Shown: one piece after another, positions 1 to 11,935 of the stretch
Layout: the number at the start of each line of letters is the position of its first letter
Numbering within the stretch: the stretch's first letter is position 1
Origin: Octopus vulgaris
Lineage: Eukaryota
NCBI GenBank assembly: GCA_951406725.2
Contig: OX597816.1
Coordinates: 167,028,001-167,092,000 of the forward strand
DNA length: 64,000 nucleotides
Reading direction: 5' to 3'
The notes under the pieces: model-generated
Told to the model about the DNA's origin: nothing
The model's database searches: none
Seen by the model: only the letters and a program-made list of their open reading frames with translations
Program-made: the position numbers and the translations under genes

Positions 1-211
1 CATCCTTCTTTTCTCTTTTTGATCTTGTTCTTATTCAACCATGGCTGCCTCTGCATAATTATTTGTGTTGTTGTTTACTTTGTAAAACTGTAAGGGGAGA
101 GGGCTGTTAGCACATCATCCTCTACCCACATTTCTCACATCCACATCTTTACCATATGGGGCCCTAACAAAATCCGATAATAGGTATGGAAGGAAATCTA
201 TCTAATTACTT

Positions 212-809
212 ATCTCTTTATTGCCCACAAGGGGTTAAACATAGAGGGGACACACAAGGACAGACAAACGGATTAAGTCGATTACATCGACCCCAGTGCG
301 TAACTGGTACTTATTTAATTGACCCCGAAAGGATGAAAGGCAAAGTCGACTTCGGCGGAATTTGAACTCAGAACGTAACGGCAGATGAAATACCTATTTC
401 CCTTATTACCCACAAGGGGCTAAACACAGAGGGGACAAACAAGGACAGACATAGGTATTAAGTCGATTACATCGACCCCAGTGCGTAACTGGTACTTAAT
501 TTATCGACCCCGAAAGGATGGAAGGCAAAGTCGACCTCGGCGGAATTTGAACTCAGAACGTAGCGGTAGACGAAATACCTATTTCTTTATTACCCACAAG
601 GGGCTAAACACAGAGAGGACAAACAAGGACAGACAAACGGATTATGTCGATTACATCGACCCCAGTGCGTAACTGGTACTTAATTTATCGACCCCGAAAG
701 GATGAAAGGCAAGGTCGACCTCGGCGGAATTTGAACTCAGAACGTAGCGGCAGACGAAATACCGCTAAGCATTTCGCCCGGCGTGCTAACGTTTCTGACA
801 GCTCGCCGC
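212..809 (-). mobile_element. tRNA-derived SINE family B (Meta-domain-like body), trimeric copy
   Basis: One head (ggcgagctgtcagaaacgttagcacgcc, B box gagttcaaattcc) plus three tandem ~190-bp body/tail units. 18-bp TSD aaatctatctaattactt at 194-211 and 810-827. Confidence 0.9.
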
Positions 810-1459
810 AAATCTATCTAATTACTTGTCTCCTAAAATCAGGCACAACTTGGCGGTCGGTCGACTTACAACACCGTTCTTCGTCTTGAGTTTACTTGGT
901 AGAATGTGCTTGTTAACTCGACAAGGTCAATGTGAGCTCTGATTGGCTGTATGCAAATGAGTTCATTGCTGGGGCCCCGGAAATCTAGTGCGAAAAAACA
1001 AATTTCGCCAGCAGGACGTTAAATGACGGAACTTGAGCATAATAATGAGATAAATATAGGTTTTAGTATTAAAGTGTTAGTTTTGTCACCTTTTGACAAA
1101 GATTTCTTTCGGTTAAATTTCCAGGGCAAATTAAATATGCCTAACAATGAGGAGCAAATTAACAAAGATTTAATATTCAAACGTAATCCGGAGGGCAGAC
1201 AATGAAGCTATCGTATTTCTAAAGCATACTATAAGTATTGGAATAGCAGACTTGCAGTCGCTATAATTAGAGTAATCAAATTAATGAAATTTACTCGTTA
1301 ATTTACTGAGAATTGATGTCAGTAAACCGATACAAGTTTTCGAGAATAAAAATCCGGGTTGTTTTCACTTTTTCAAAGATGAAGAATATGAACAACTTTA
1401 TCGCTTTAGTCGCAATCAAAAACTAAAGTGAGACTATGGGGTGACAGCACTAAATAGTG

Positions 1460-1615
1460 TATGACTGTGTAGTAAGTAGCTTGCTTAACAATCACATGGT
1501 TCCGGGTTCATTCCCACTGCGTGGCACCTTGGGCAAGTGTCTTCTACTAAAGCCTCGGGCCGACCAAAGCCTTGAGTGGATTTGGTAGACGGAAACTGAA
1601 AGAAGCCCCCCGTCG

Positions 1616-1664
<49 letters not shown>

Positions 1665-1868
1665 TTTGCGTCTCCCCCCCCCCACGTCGCTTGACAACCG
1701 ATGGTGGTGTGTTTACGTCCCCGTAACTTAGCGTTTCGGCAAAAGAGACCGATAGAATAAGTACTAGGCTTACAAAGAATGTCCTGGGGTCGATTTGCTC
1801 GACTAAAGGCGGTGCTCCAGCATGGCCGCAGTCAAATGACTGAAACAAGTAAAAGAATAAAAGAGTAA
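1460..1868 (+). mobile_element. tRNA-derived SINE family A (CORE-like accttgggcaagt, internal TG microsatellite)
   Basis: Matches about 15 other copies in the window; B-box-like gggttcattccc; gtaaaaga tail repeats. Confidence 0.9.
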
Positions 1869-1882
1869 TACAAATTTCTTAC

Positions 1883-1931
1883 TAGTTCAAATATACTTGA
1901 GGTATATTGGAACCTGTGAAAAAGTCATTCA
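1883..1931 (-). CDS. Candidate phase-1 coding exon (VNDFFTGSNIPQVYLN) of the signal-peptide gene
   Basis: Two in-frame acceptors (ttcatgattacag, gactttttcacag) and donor CTA|gtaaga; open in the microexon phase. Squeezed between two TEs, so weak. Confidence 0.25.
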
Positions 1932-1994
1932 CTGTAATCATGAAGAAAATTTCTCTATGACGAAATACAATTTTACACACAAATGCAAAACAAC

Positions 1995-2617
1995 ACCAAA
2001 AGCACGCGGAATTCTGTTCTTGATTCGACGGTCATTCGGAATGCTCACAGCAGCCATATTCCTACCACTCTATGTCACGCTGGTGAGACCCATATTGGAA
2101 TACGGGATTCAAGCCTCTTCTCCTTATCTCCTCAAAGACATACAGCATCTCGAAAGAGTCCAGAAGCTGGCTACCTGCATGGTTCATGGTCTCAAAAATT
2201 TGTCCTATGAAGAAAGGCTGAGGACGCTCGACCTTTATTCCCTAGAAAAACGCCGCCGCCGTGGTGATCTCATTCTCGCCCACAGCATCATAAGCGGAAA
2301 GTGTAACCTCTTGAAAGAGCTGTTCTTCACTCCTGCTCCAGTGCGTCGGCTACGGGGTCATTCCGAAAAGCTCTACCTGCGACGATTTCATCTCAATCGA
2401 AGGAGAGGAGCTTTCTCCGTCCGGGTTGCGGATCCGTGGAACAAGCTGCCAGACGAGATGGTGAAGATGCCGACGACCGCTTTGTTCAAAGCCTCCCTTG
2501 ACCTCAAGTGGCCTGAACTCTTTACAGGAACACCACCCTGTACTTAACTCCATGTCCCCCTACATGGCCTTGCTATTTGCTTTTGAGCCAAATTAACTAA
2601 CTAACTAACTAACTAAC
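1995..2617 (+). mobile_element. CR1-clade LINE, 5'-truncated 3' fragment (RT C-terminus and 3' UTR)
   Basis: LYVTLVRPILEY...LERVQ...SYEERLRTLDLYSLEKRRRRGDLI motif; (taac)n tail. Confidence 0.9.
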
Positions 2618-2885
2618 ACCACACACTCGCCTCCCGAATTTCGTTTTCAATACAGTATGTGTGATTCTTTGTTTACTCAAGGACGGTACACTACGTATTT
2701 TCTTTTAACGTATTTTAATTAATGTGTTATACAGTCAAGAACTGTATTTTTGTCTATTAATTTATTCATTTTAGGCGTGAAATGCTTATTTTAGCACAGA
2801 AACAATTAAAATCTAAAAAATATAAATACCTAACGGCCGCACAAACCCGCGACATACTAAGGAGTCCGCAACATAAATTTACTTA

Positions 2886-3183
2886 TCACCGCGATCACCG
2901 TGACCGACCAGGCTATCAAATGTTGCTACACATCGCTGGTCACAATGCGCTTCACATTGTTTTAGCCTTAAAATGACGCCACCCCGCTGGCTGAGCGAGC
3001 AGGCCAACAGAAGAGAGGGTGAGAGAAAGTTGTGGCGAAAGAGTACAGCCGGGATCGCCACCACCCCCTGCCGGAGCCTCGTGGAGCTTTAGGTGTTTTC
3101 GCTCAATAAACACTCACAACGCCCGGTCTGGGAATCGAAACCGCGAGTCCGCTGCCCTAACCACTGGGCCATTGCGCCTCCAA
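2886..3183 (-). mobile_element. tRNA-derived SINE family C, tail type X
   Basis: Head tggaggcgcaatggcccagtggttaggg...ttcgattccc; TSD aaatttactta at 2875-2885 and 3184-3194. Confidence 0.85.
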
Positions 3184-3289
3184 AAATTTACTTACATTAG
3201 CCAGAAAAATCCGCGATGTACTGAGTACGAATTAGGTGAACCGCGGTATGGCGAGTGATTACTGTATGTGTGTGTGTGTGGGGGGGGGG

Positions 3290-3423
<134 letters not shown>

Positions 3424-3687
3424 CGTGTATATACATGTTATTGGATATGATTGCCTTTCGTTCATCTTGTTACATTTTCTCAAACTGTAGAACTTGAATT
3501 TCCCAAGACAGTTTCATGTCGAGAAGTCAAAGTGTTACAACTAGAAGTTGTTTGCCGATTTTTCATATTCCAATTAGATTTTGCTGAAAAAAATTCGTCT
3601 CCTCCTAATGAAAACCACGTGTTTACCCAAAACAAAAATCTATTTTAATTCCGTTGTTAAACAGAGCTGTGCTTTCTGGTAGGTCTT

Positions 3688-4136
3688 CTACAACTGGGCT
3701 GCAGAAAGAATGTTTATGACGATGATGGTAGTGATGGTGCTGCTGCTGTTGCTGTTGGAGATGATGATAGTGATGATGATGGTTGTTGTGGTGGTGGTGA
3801 TGGTAGTGGTGGTGGTGGTGGTCGTCGTCGTCGTAGCAATAAGAGGTGGGGTAAATGATAACGGTAACGATAACATTGATGGCAATGGTGGTGGTGGTGG
3901 TGGTGGTGGTGGTAGTGGTGGTGGTGGTAGTGTGATGAAAAGGATGTTGACAATGATGCTTGTACTGGTGATGATGGTGGTGGTAGTGGTAATTAATGGT
4001 ACTCCCACTAGGCAGGCGATGTCGGGCGTCGCCGTTCGCGTTGCGGTAGTAGCGGGTCCACCTCCCGGTCGTTTCGGCCCGCACGGTTCCTCTGAGGGTG
4101 CTCTTCGCCGAGTGTCCGAAGCGGCCGGTACATTCA
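3688..4136 (-). CDS. Candidate exon (CpG-rich, then Thr/Pro/His low complexity)
   Basis: Acceptor ctaattttttcatag at 4137-4151; phase-1 frame open to a stop at 3688. Openness is partly explained by trinucleotide repeats. Confidence 0.25.
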
Positions 4137-4562
4137 CTATGAAAAAATTAGATGGTGATGACTGTCGTGTTGATGTGAATGGCCGCAACGATAAGGACGA
4201 GAGCAACGGTGAAAATAATTCATTCTTTTATTGGTCACAAGGGCTAAAATAAATCAAAACATTACAGGACAACACAAGACGACATACAAAGGGTTTTGCG
4301 AAAAAAAACCATTCGTGTGAAAATTTGATAACAATAAAACAATGTAAAAAAAATCCCAATAGAGAGAGGCGCTTTAAAAGTTACTCGTGGAAAAACCCAT
4401 AAGAGCCCTTCTCCTTTTATACATTTTTTTACAGGTGTTTTCTCAGAATTGGTCCATCCAAACTGGCCATTTTTCCGACATCTACCCACCTTTCAACAAA
4501 TTTGCTAGAAGACAACACTTCCCTCTCTACCCTCACTTCCCTTTTCAAGGCGACGGTGAAAA

Positions 4563-4952
4563 ATCTTTTCTACTCCAGGCACAAGGCCCGAAATTTTGGG
4601 GGTGGGAGCCAGTCGATTAGATCGATCCCAGTACGCAATTGGTACTTAATTTCTCGACCCCGAAAGGCAAAGTCAACCTCGGCGGAATTTGAACTCAGAA
4701 CGTAAAGACAGACGAAATACCTATTTCTTTATTACCCACAAGGGACTAAACACAGAGATGACAAACAAGGACAGACAAACGGATTAAGTCGATTATATTG
4801 ACCCCAGTGCGTAACTGGTACTTATTTAACCGACCCCGAAAGGATGAAAGCAAAGTCGACCTCGGCGGAATTTGAACTCAGAACTTAGCGGCTGACGAAA
4901 TACCGCTGAAAATTTCGCCCGGCGTGCTAACGTTTCTGCCAGCTCGCCGCCT
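4563..4952 (-). mobile_element. SINE family B, dimeric copy (head-body-tailA-body-tailB)
   Basis: Same unit junction aaagaaata|ggtatttcgtc as the 212-809 copy. Confidence 0.85.
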
Positions 4953-5057
4953 TGCAACAGTGGAAGTAATGATAACCATTATGGTGATGATTTTGATGCT
5001 AATAACACTATAACAACGATATTTTTCTTTTCTTCCTTTTTTTTCTTCTCTATAATG

Positions 5058-5238
5058 GAGCGTGGATATGTGGTAAGAAACTTGCTGACCAACCAAATGG
5101 TTCCGGGTTCAGTTCCACTGCGTGACACCTTGGACAAGTGTCTTCTACTATAGCCTCGGGTCGACCAAAGTCTTTTGTGTGGATTTGGTGGACGGAAACT
5201 GAAAGAAGCCCATCGTGTATATGTGTATGTGTATGACA

Positions 5239-5330
<92 letters not shown>
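5058..5330 (+). mobile_element. SINE family A, 5' half
   Basis: Homology to 1460-1868; ends in the internal microsatellite. Confidence 0.85.
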
Positions 5331-5333
<3 letters not shown>

Positions 5334-5466
5334 GTGAGAATTTACAAAAAACAAAAGACGAAGACGGGTGTGTAAACAACAATCAGATATATTAGTTTAA
5401 CGCTCGGGAAATGAGAAAGTCTTTTATGTTTCGAGCCTACGCCCTTCGACGGCCTACGCTCTTCGC
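5334..5466 (-). mobile_element. Penelope-like terminal fragment with degenerate hammerhead-like motif
   Basis: Minus strand gtcgaa-gggc-gtag-gctc-gaaacata; inserted at the microsatellite of a SINE A. Confidence 0.45.
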
Positions 5467-5558
5467 ATAACTCAGTCGGACATTCATAAATTGATTGTGT
5501 AAGATGAAATATAAGAACATAGTTAGATAGTGTTGAGTCCAGTTGTGTAAGGACTATG

Positions 5559-5632
<74 letters not shown>

Positions 5633-5649
5633 GTGTGTGTGTGTGTTTT

Positions 5650-5790
5650 GTAGGGTTGACTTCCATATTGTTCTAAGACCGTCTATAGTTACCGAAGCCT
5701 TAGCAATGCGAGATTTAATATCTTTCTCAGTGGTCACGTTATTGATGCCTAGGTAAGTAAACATTTTTCAAGGGCTTCTATTTGATAGTC
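5650..5790 (-). mobile_element. RTE-clade LINE RT fragment
   Basis: FTYLG...DIKSRIAKA...LRTIWKS motif. Confidence 0.75.
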
Positions 5791-6765
5791 CTGATTTCAC
5801 CTGCAGTATATACGTATGTATAAAAAGGTAATCTTAATATTTAAATTAACGTAGCTGTATTGTTAGAACGCCGAATACTGCATTATTTACCTTGAGTGGA
5901 CCCTTCATATGAACGCATAGTGCATAAAAGCACACGTTTATATCGTTGACAGACGAGAATCGTCTACTACGGAAGTCGGAACTGCTAGATCACGTAATTT
6001 CGACGTACTTCATCTCTTCAGTGACAAACGTCCGCTAGCCGCGTAGCAGCTAAATCTCACTACCAACGATATATAAAATTCCAGTGACTTTTCAGGCACC
6101 GATGTCGCAGACAACCAGAGGATTTATTAAAAAATAACTATTAGCGACAAGAGCAGCATTAATACGAAAGGCCAATCTTTAAATCCAATTTAACCTGGAT
6201 GCTTTGCTAGAACGCCGGGTACTGCGGAATTCACCTTTTAGAAGACACATATACATACATATATACATACATACATACATGCATGCATGCATGCATACAT
6301 ACATACATACATACATACATACATACATACATACATACATACATACACACATACATACATACACATATGTACATACACACACACAATTCAGAGTAAAGAT
6401 ACAATGTATATTCCAGTTTCGCTATACATACGTTAATATAGCTACAGTCAAATAGATACTTGAACTAAAACTTCTAAACAACTATTAACGTAACTAATAA
6501 GCCGTGTCAGGAAGAAATCTCAAAATCACAGGGTTCTCAGTTCAATCCCGCTGCAGAGTGCTCTGACTAAGGGACTTATGTCATGGCCTCAATTATCACT
6601 GAAATTTGGAGATGTTAGCTCTCACCCGGTTTAACATGGCATAGGGTGTCCATTGTGTTGTAAACTATGGGACCAGGACACAAATCTGAGAGTAACTTGC
6701 CTCCACCAATGTCTGAGACACTGATGTTACGAGAAGGGGTCGTAAGTGCTGCCATTTATTCATAT

Positions 6766-6821
<56 letters not shown>

Positions 6822-6840
6822 TTTACAACGGAAGTAAAAA

Positions 6841-7265
6841 GGCGGCGAACTGGCAGAAACGTTAGCACGCCGGGCGAACTGGCAGAAACGTTAGCACGCC
6901 GGGCGAAATGCGTAGCCGTATTTCGTCTGCCGTTACGCTCTGAGTTCAAATTCCACCGAGGTCGACTTTGCCCTTCATCCTTTCGGAGTCGATAAATTAA
7001 GTACCAGTTACGCACTGGGGTCGATGTAATCGACTTAATACCTTTGTCTGTCCTTGTTTGTCCTCTGTGTTTAGCCCCTTGTGGGCAGTAAAGAAATAGG
7101 TATTTCGTCTATCTTTACGTCCAGAGTTCAAATTCCGCCGAGGTCGACTTTTCCTGTCATCCTTTCAGGGTTGATGAATTAAGTACCAGTTGCATACTGG
7201 GAACGATCTAATCGACTGGCCCCCTCCCCTAAAATTTCAAGCCTTGTGCCTAGAGTAGAAAAGAA
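6841..7265 (+). mobile_element. SINE family B, dimeric copy with duplicated head segment
   Basis: Head segment repeated twice; near-TSD ttttacaacg(g/a)aagt on both sides. Confidence 0.88.
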
Positions 7266-8429
7266 TTTTACAACGAAAGTTGATAGTGGCTTCGAAGTTT
7301 CGTCCTTATCAAACTATCTGAAGAATTATATTAAGCGTACACATGTCTCTGGAATACTCAGCCACCTACAAATTAATTCAAGAGCAGGTAATTCAGCTGA
7401 TCGAATAACTGAATTCTCCTCGTCGAACGATGGAGAGTGATCGGTCTCTTCATTTTCAGTCTTACGTAATAACATGTCCGGCCAATATTACCTTGCTTGG
7501 AAACCGGTGAAGGTTGGCATCTGGGGAAGCATTTGGCGGTAGAAAATCTGCTTCAACAGATTTCGTGTGACCCATGGAAGCATGGTAAAGTGGATGTTGA
7601 TTTATATAAGATTTTGTAGAGGTCATATATGGTTGTATAAATGATTATACACGCACACGCGCGCGGATACACCCACAAACGCACACACACAAACACACAA
7701 ATGCACACACACAAACGCACACGCACGCAAACGCACACACACAAAAACACGCACATGAGCACACACATACACGTACAAGCACATATACACGCACACATAC
7801 ATGCACACACATCGTTTTGAAAAGATTGAAATGTAATCCGATTAATGTGTTTAAAAGATGAAAGGATCATACTCTGAATGACCGGATTGGGTTTGACCTG
7901 GGGTTAAACAATATCAACAGCAACCACCACCAATATCACCACCACCACCACTACCATCATCAGTCTTCCCGTGACACTATCTACTGATATGAATGACCAA
8001 TGTTAATTAATTTTTTTAATAAATGAACTCGTAATCATATGATGAAACTTTGGTAAGAATGCTTACCGCCTGATGCAACAGCTATTATTTTTCTAAATAC
8101 AATTCCTAACTTTTGAATCTCTGTCAAATGTTTCCTGTCGAGAATAAATAGATACGTTATTATTTTAGAAATTTTTCTTAAACGCTTTATAACGCATATA
8201 TTTCAATATTTCAATGTTTAATTTTAGAAATGCTTTGAATTATTTTTAAAAGTTTGTTGATGTTGATGAGGAACAACAATGTAGGAATGTAACTCCAGTT
8301 TATATCATTGAGTCCTACGGCAAAATTTGGTTCGCTTTCGGTCGTTTCCCTTAAAGTTGTACTTTCCAAGAAGCTATCAGCAACGTTGAGTGTAACCATA
8401 GCTCTACGTAGTTTTATTATATATATATA

Positions 8430-8728
8430 TTGTTCCTTCTGGAGCCACACCAGGCTCATAGGGCCGGTTTCCGGTTTCCTTGGCGTATAGGATTCCCCAC
8501 CTGGACAGGACGCCGGCCCGTCGCAGGTGAGCTGCAAGATGTAGGAGGAAAGACTGAGAGAAAGTTGTGGCGAAAGAGTCAGCAGAAATTCGCCATTACC
8601 TTCTGCCGGAGCCGCGTGGAGCTTAGGTGTTTCGCTCATAAACACACACATCGCCCGGTATGAGATTCGAACCCGCGATCCCTCGACTGCAAGTCCGCTG
8701 CTCCTAACCACTAGGCCATGTGCCTCGA
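8430..8728 (-). mobile_element. SINE family C, tail type Y
   Basis: tRNA head at the right end; closely similar to 43190-43492. Confidence 0.85.
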
Positions 8729-8780
8729 CGGGATTATATCGTGATACTGCAAAAACGGTATTATTTTAAAGAAAACTTAC

Positions 8781-8792
8781 CATCTTTGGTTT
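8781..8792 (-). CDS. 12-nt microexon (phase 1-1, adds E-T-K-D)
   Basis: Minus strand gatttttctgttttcttcag|AAACCAAAGATG|gtaagttt: consensus acceptor and donor, frame-preserving, in phase with exon 18992-19052. Confidence 0.7.
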
Positions 8793-10261
8793 CTGAAGAA
8801 AAACAGAAAAATCATTTCTTTTGTTTCGAGTTAAAATATTAACATAAGTGCTTCCATATGCTCAGCAGAACACAGTGACACACCTGCTGGGATGACTTTT
8901 ATCAGAGATCTGCTTAGTCAGAGCTGACAGCAGACTTACGGAATAAGCATTTCTGTGCCTTGTTACATTTTTATTTCTTATTGCCATGGCCTTTTAAAAA
9001 CTTTTTTCACATTTACGGACTCAGCAAAAACATTTTTTTTCAAAATTTCAATTTCTATTCCAAATACTCACGATTAAAAAAACACAAAGGCGGAAGCCTG
9101 AACTACGACGGGCTTATATCCCACCGAGGATGTTTCCAGTTACATTTGGGTACAGCCGAAATTACGAGGATGATCCGATTCTTGACTGAAGATTGAAGGC
9201 TTCGAATGTCCCGTCCGTGTTTTTTGTATCGTCTTCTAAATGTTTTGCGTTCTTGTCCCAGTTTGTATTTTTTTACATGCGTGTCCCCCTCCTCCTTCCT
9301 TCTTCTTTGCCTATAAAACAAAATTCCTTTACACGTGGTTCTTACTATTTGAAAAGACTGCCTCCACGCGCTGATACAATACTTTTCGTCTTCGCCAGCA
9401 AAAGGCTTTTTCGTTCGTCCCCCTGTGTGGTTGATTTCCTGTATCGTATTCTTTTTATTTTCTCGTTTTGTAACTAATTGTATTTTTTGTACATGTATTT
9501 TTATTTTTGCAGTTTTATTGTTTGTCTATGCCAGAAAAAAAGGCTTTTTCGTTCGTCCTCTTGTGTGTTTGTTTTTGTACATGTATTTTAATTTTGCAGT
9601 TTTATTGTTACGTCTTGTTTGTGTTCGTACTCATTTTGCCCCGCTGCTTGGAATTTTATTTTAATTCTCTCGCAGGAAGGCCTATTGGATTAGTGTTCTG
9701 TCTATGCCTTCGAAACATGCCTGACTCCACTAGCGACAGCTGATGACGGGGATTTTGTCCTTGTGTAGCTCGTCCTGTAATTGTTTTTCGTTTTCTTGTT
9801 TTTCGTTTTCCGTTTTCTTGTTTTTTGTTTTTTTCCGTTTCTACGTCTTATTGTGATGTCCTGTACTCACGTATAATTATTTATATATGCATGTATATAT
9901 ACATGTAGATGTAGGTACGTACATATATGTTTGTATGTATGCATATATTTTTATTTATCACCTATATATTATATATATATATATATATATAGCGACACCC
10001 GTACCCTTTTGGTCTTATATATATATATATTCGGTACTGTTCCTCCATCCGTCGAGAGGTAAATATCAGGATTTAATTGTGCACTTCTATTTATTGGAAA
10101 TCTTACGTCTGACAAATGTTTATAAATAAGTCTTGAACAGGACCCATGGTCATGACCATCCAGCATCAGGCAATTTGGAGGAAGCTTTAAAACCTATATA
10201 TATATATGTAGATATAAATTCATTTATAGATTTTCTATAGAATTCAGTGCCAATGAAAAAA

Positions 10262-10396
10262 AAAAAACAGGAGTGGGTTGGCGGCAAGGATGGCACCCGC
10301 TCGCAAAATATCTGCTTCGACGAAATCCATCTGATTGTTGCAAGAAAGAAAAAGCAGACACTAAACCTTTGATGATGACGATGATAATAATGATGG

Positions 10397-10438
<42 letters not shown>

Positions 10439-11159
10439 CGACGACGACGACGACGGTGGTGGTGGTGGTGATGAGCTGATTTTAGCGCCATAGTTTGATG
10501 GGATAAATGAAGAGAGCTAAGTTTTGTTTGCTGCTGTTTTCTCTCTCACCGATGAAGAAGTCAGGCGGTCATTCATTTCTTTGCTTTGTGCAATATAAGC
10601 AATTGTTACTTTTAAAATGTCTTCAGAAACTCAGCGCATTCAATTCAAGGTTTACTATTAACTGGATTGAATATTCGTCTTTCAATTTATCTTTCACGCA
10701 CGCGCTCACACACACAAACACTTACGCACGCGCGCCCACACACACAAACGTATGTGTGTGTGTACACCCGTAACCTATTTTTTCTTTCTCCGATCGCATT
10801 GTTTATAAAGACATATTCGTATACGATTCATCGTAACTTACAGTGCTGGCACTGTATTCTATAGAAAACCTATAAACTTGTGTGTGTGAACGCGTGCGTA
10901 AAAGATGGATTGAAAGACGAATATTCAATCCAGTTAATGTACAGAGTAAACCTTGAATTGAATGCCTTGAGTTTCTGAAGACATTTTAAAGTAACAGTCG
11001 TAGGAGTGGCTCTGTGGTAAGTAGCTTGCTTACCAACCACATGGTTCCGGGTTCAGTCCCACTGTGTGGTACCTTGGGCAAGTGTCTTCTACTATAGCCT
11101 CAGGCTGACCAAAGCCTTGTGAGTGAATTTGGTAGACGGAAACTGAAAGAAGCCCGTCG

Positions 11160-11246
<87 letters not shown>

Positions 11247-11935
11247 TTGTCCCCCCCAACATCGCTTGACAACCGATGCTTGTGTGTTTACGTCGCCGTA
11301 ACTTAGCTGTTCGGCCTAAGAGAATGATACAATAAGTACTAGGCTTACAAAGAATAACTCCTGGGGGTCGATTTGCTCGACTAAAGGCGGTACTCCAGCA
11401 TGGCCACAGTTAAATGACTGAAACAAAATAGTAAAAGAGTAGAGCAAGTAATGAATGACCGCTTGACTTCTTCAGCAGCCAACAAAACTTAGCTCTCTTC
11501 ATTTATCCCATCAAACTATGGCGCTAAAATCAGCTCATCATCATCATCACCATCATCACCACCACCGAACCCTATTGATCGTTTTTTTTCTCCTCTTCCC
11601 CTTTTTTACTCTTTTTTCTTCTTTTTTCCTTTTTCTTTTCTTTTGTTTCTTTTTTTCTCCTTTTTTTACTCTTTCACGATCCCTTTTGATCGAAAACCTA
11701 CGCCACTTTTTTTTGTTGTTTCTCTTGTTTTTTTTCATCCCCCAAAAGAAAAGCTCTACCTTGTAATTTGTCCCATCTGTGTGCGCAGCCCTGTGTGGCC
11801 AATAAAGAAACTTATCATAGTCATCAAAGGTTTAGTGTCCGCTTTTTCTTTCTTGCAACAATCAGACGGATTTCGTCGAAGCAGATATTTTGCGAGCGGG
11901 TGCCACCCTTGCCACCAAACTGCACCTGTTTTCCA
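10262..11935. repeat. Fold-back inverted duplication (arms ~10262-10735 and ~10878-11935)
   Basis: e.g. gagctgattttagcgccatagtttgatgggataaatgaagagagctaag (~10483) is the reverse complement of ~11488-11536. The right arm carries later insertions. Confidence 0.9.
11000..11443 (+). mobile_element. SINE family A, full length, inserted in the right arm of the inversion
   Basis: Homology to other copies; absent from the left arm. Confidence 0.9.

Noticed and set aside
481-889. Recurrent ORFs 'MRNWYLIYRPRKD...'
   Set aside because: Antisense translations of SINE B, repeated at every copy.
8062-8085. Possible 3-nt microexon (catcag|GCG|gtaagc) on the minus strand
   Set aside because: No pyrimidine tract, and it lies in transposon-like sequence.
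9700-9790. GAAAC...CTGATGA as a type II hammerhead
   Set aside because: Helices I and III cannot be formed and helix II is weak.
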